Shown here in pieces: positions 62,206-64,000 of a stretch of 64,000 bases of DNA (position 1 is the first letter of the stretch; each line of letters opens with the position of its first letter). A model generated the notes under the pieces. The model was not told the origin of the DNA, did not search any database, and saw nothing but the letters and a program-made list of their open reading frames with translations. The stretch covers positions 7,752,001 to 7,816,000 of the forward strand of contig NC_087251.1 of the NCBI RefSeq assembly GCF_037042905.1. The letters are read 5' to 3'. The stretch comes from Lytechinus pictus (Eukaryota). A program made the position numbers and the translations under genes.

Positions 62206-64000
62206 TTAAGTAGCTTAAATCAAGGTTCCCCAGAGCTATCTACCCTTCGGAAGCTGAGTTTTGATCAATGGCAAGCTGCCATCAATATGTATATGGAACA
62301 TGATGTAAAAATGCATGAAATTGAAATAACAAAATATGCAGAGTACATGCTTACGAATAATAATTGTGTGTAATAAAAAACAATTTTCGATGATTATTTT
62401 CTTGTATATGTATTAAGATTATTGAGCTCAGAGATGTGTAAATGTTTTTTATTTTGAGGATGATAATGAGGGGATATCGGTTAAGAGAAATGTGGTTTGT
62501 TTGTTTCGCTTCACTTTCTTCTGCATTCGTTAATGATTTCAAATACAAAAAAGTATTATTTCAATAATGGATACTTAGTGAAAATAATATCACAAAGTGG
62601 AGGGAGTGGGATACTTCGGCCTCAATAACCAATGTCCAAGGAAGCGATGTGTCCCTCCTCAGTTTCCACTCCTCATTAGGCATATATCTCTCATATTTTC
62701 CAATTATTTTTCTTTTTTTGTTCAATAATTTCCACTGAATCCTTTCTGCAAAGCATATATATGTCGCAAGCACAATCTCAGTTCTGTTTCCCCTCTTTTA
62801 TACTCATCCATTTCCTCATGTTTTTATAGATAACGTTTTTCAGAATTAGCCTCACATTCTCCCCCCTTCTCTCTTCATTCATCCATTTCCCTTTCATCTT
62901 GATTGCTATGCTATAACAAAACAAGCACGCAACATATGAATTTTGCAAAGGCGATTTTATTATAAAATACAATTAATATAAATATCTTCAGGAATGGTGG
63001 TATACAAACAGCATTTTTTTGGTGCGAGTACATCTTAATTTACATACACCAACAAGTATTAAGTGCAGCTCCGTGTTATCACACATGTTCACACAATACT
63101 GCCACAATTTCCCCAAAGAGGCATCAAAATCATCTGGCAAGAATGTTTGAAAATAAAGAAAAGACCGAACACCAATATAACAACACACCAATGTATACAC
63201 CTTGGTAAAAAATGTTGTGCACAAACTATTTACATAAATACCCTGTTATAGATAATTGCTATTACTATGGAAAATGATTATTATGAAATTTTATTTCAGA
63301 GGCTGATCATTTGATATTGCGCGGGACAAGAATACTCGTCTATTTTGTTGGTTTTCAGGGAAGGAGTGCTTGGCGATATTGTCGCCGAAAAAAATGAAGC
63401 AAAAAAAGGGGGAGTCATCAAGGATCCATTTTTTTTTTACAGTTAATACATTCATGGGTAAGAGTTAAAACCCCTTAAGATCCCCCTCTATTTTGTTCTC
63501 ATGTTTGTAATCTTGCTTGTTACATGTTTGCAGATGGTTAAGAAAAACACGAAATCCAAAGATACGTAAAATTCCAGCCATTTAACATTTCGTACATAAA
63601 CATTTCGAAAGTTTTACATGCAATTTTATTACAAGCATAATTCAAACTTAAAATGTCTGTTGATACTAATATAATGAATACGATTAGAACAAGGCAAGTC
63701 ATTTCGGCGTTATGCTCTTCACAAGCTCCGCTTCTTAGTGTTCTTGCTGGCTTACGAAATGAATAATTATTGAAAGAATAGTCATGAAACGATGAACTTC
63801 TATAAACGAAAGAGTTATAGTATACAATGAAGCTTTAAGTACTGATCGAAGATAAGGTGGTGATGTCATACAAACTCTGGTGATGTGAGTTCTTGCTTTG
63901 CAATTTTCAAACAGTTACATTGCACATGACTTATCCCCCTTTCCAGTATATTTTTTTGAATGCTTTTTTTTTAAAGTTGATACTAGCCAACACCAAATAT

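Noticed and set aside
62990..63251. Possible exon or transposase remnant near the window end
   Set aside because: Open frames exist, but there are no recognisable motifs and no phase-consistent partner exons within the window.

Overview
AT-rich animal genomic DNA with GT-AG introns. The dense non-autonomous DNA transposon landscape looks like a sea urchin or another marine deuterostome, but this is inference only. I assembled three multi-exon genes by hand with consistent splice phases. (1) TOMM20, minus strand, 5 exons, 164 aa. (2) A 19-exon plus-strand gene of about 1086 aa, possibly with one more upstream coding exon. It encodes four SPRY-like domains made by duplication of a 7-exon double-SPRY module, then a TIR-like domain that appears to lack the catalytic glutamate, then a C-terminal CaaX box (CIIL). 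(3) A CXorf65/C22orf15-family gene, minus strand, 5 exons, 161 aa. Introns and intergenic DNA carry many TIR elements, several with intact target-site duplications (hAT-like, Kolobok/T2-like, Tc1-like, Harbinger-like, and an IS3EU-like element with TACG-rich subterminal arrays). There is also an L1/Tx1 LINE fragment, a tRNA-derived SINE and purine-rich tracts. The best candidate for something undescribed is the putatively prenylated 4xSPRY-TIR protein. All domain and family calls are by eye, without database searches.
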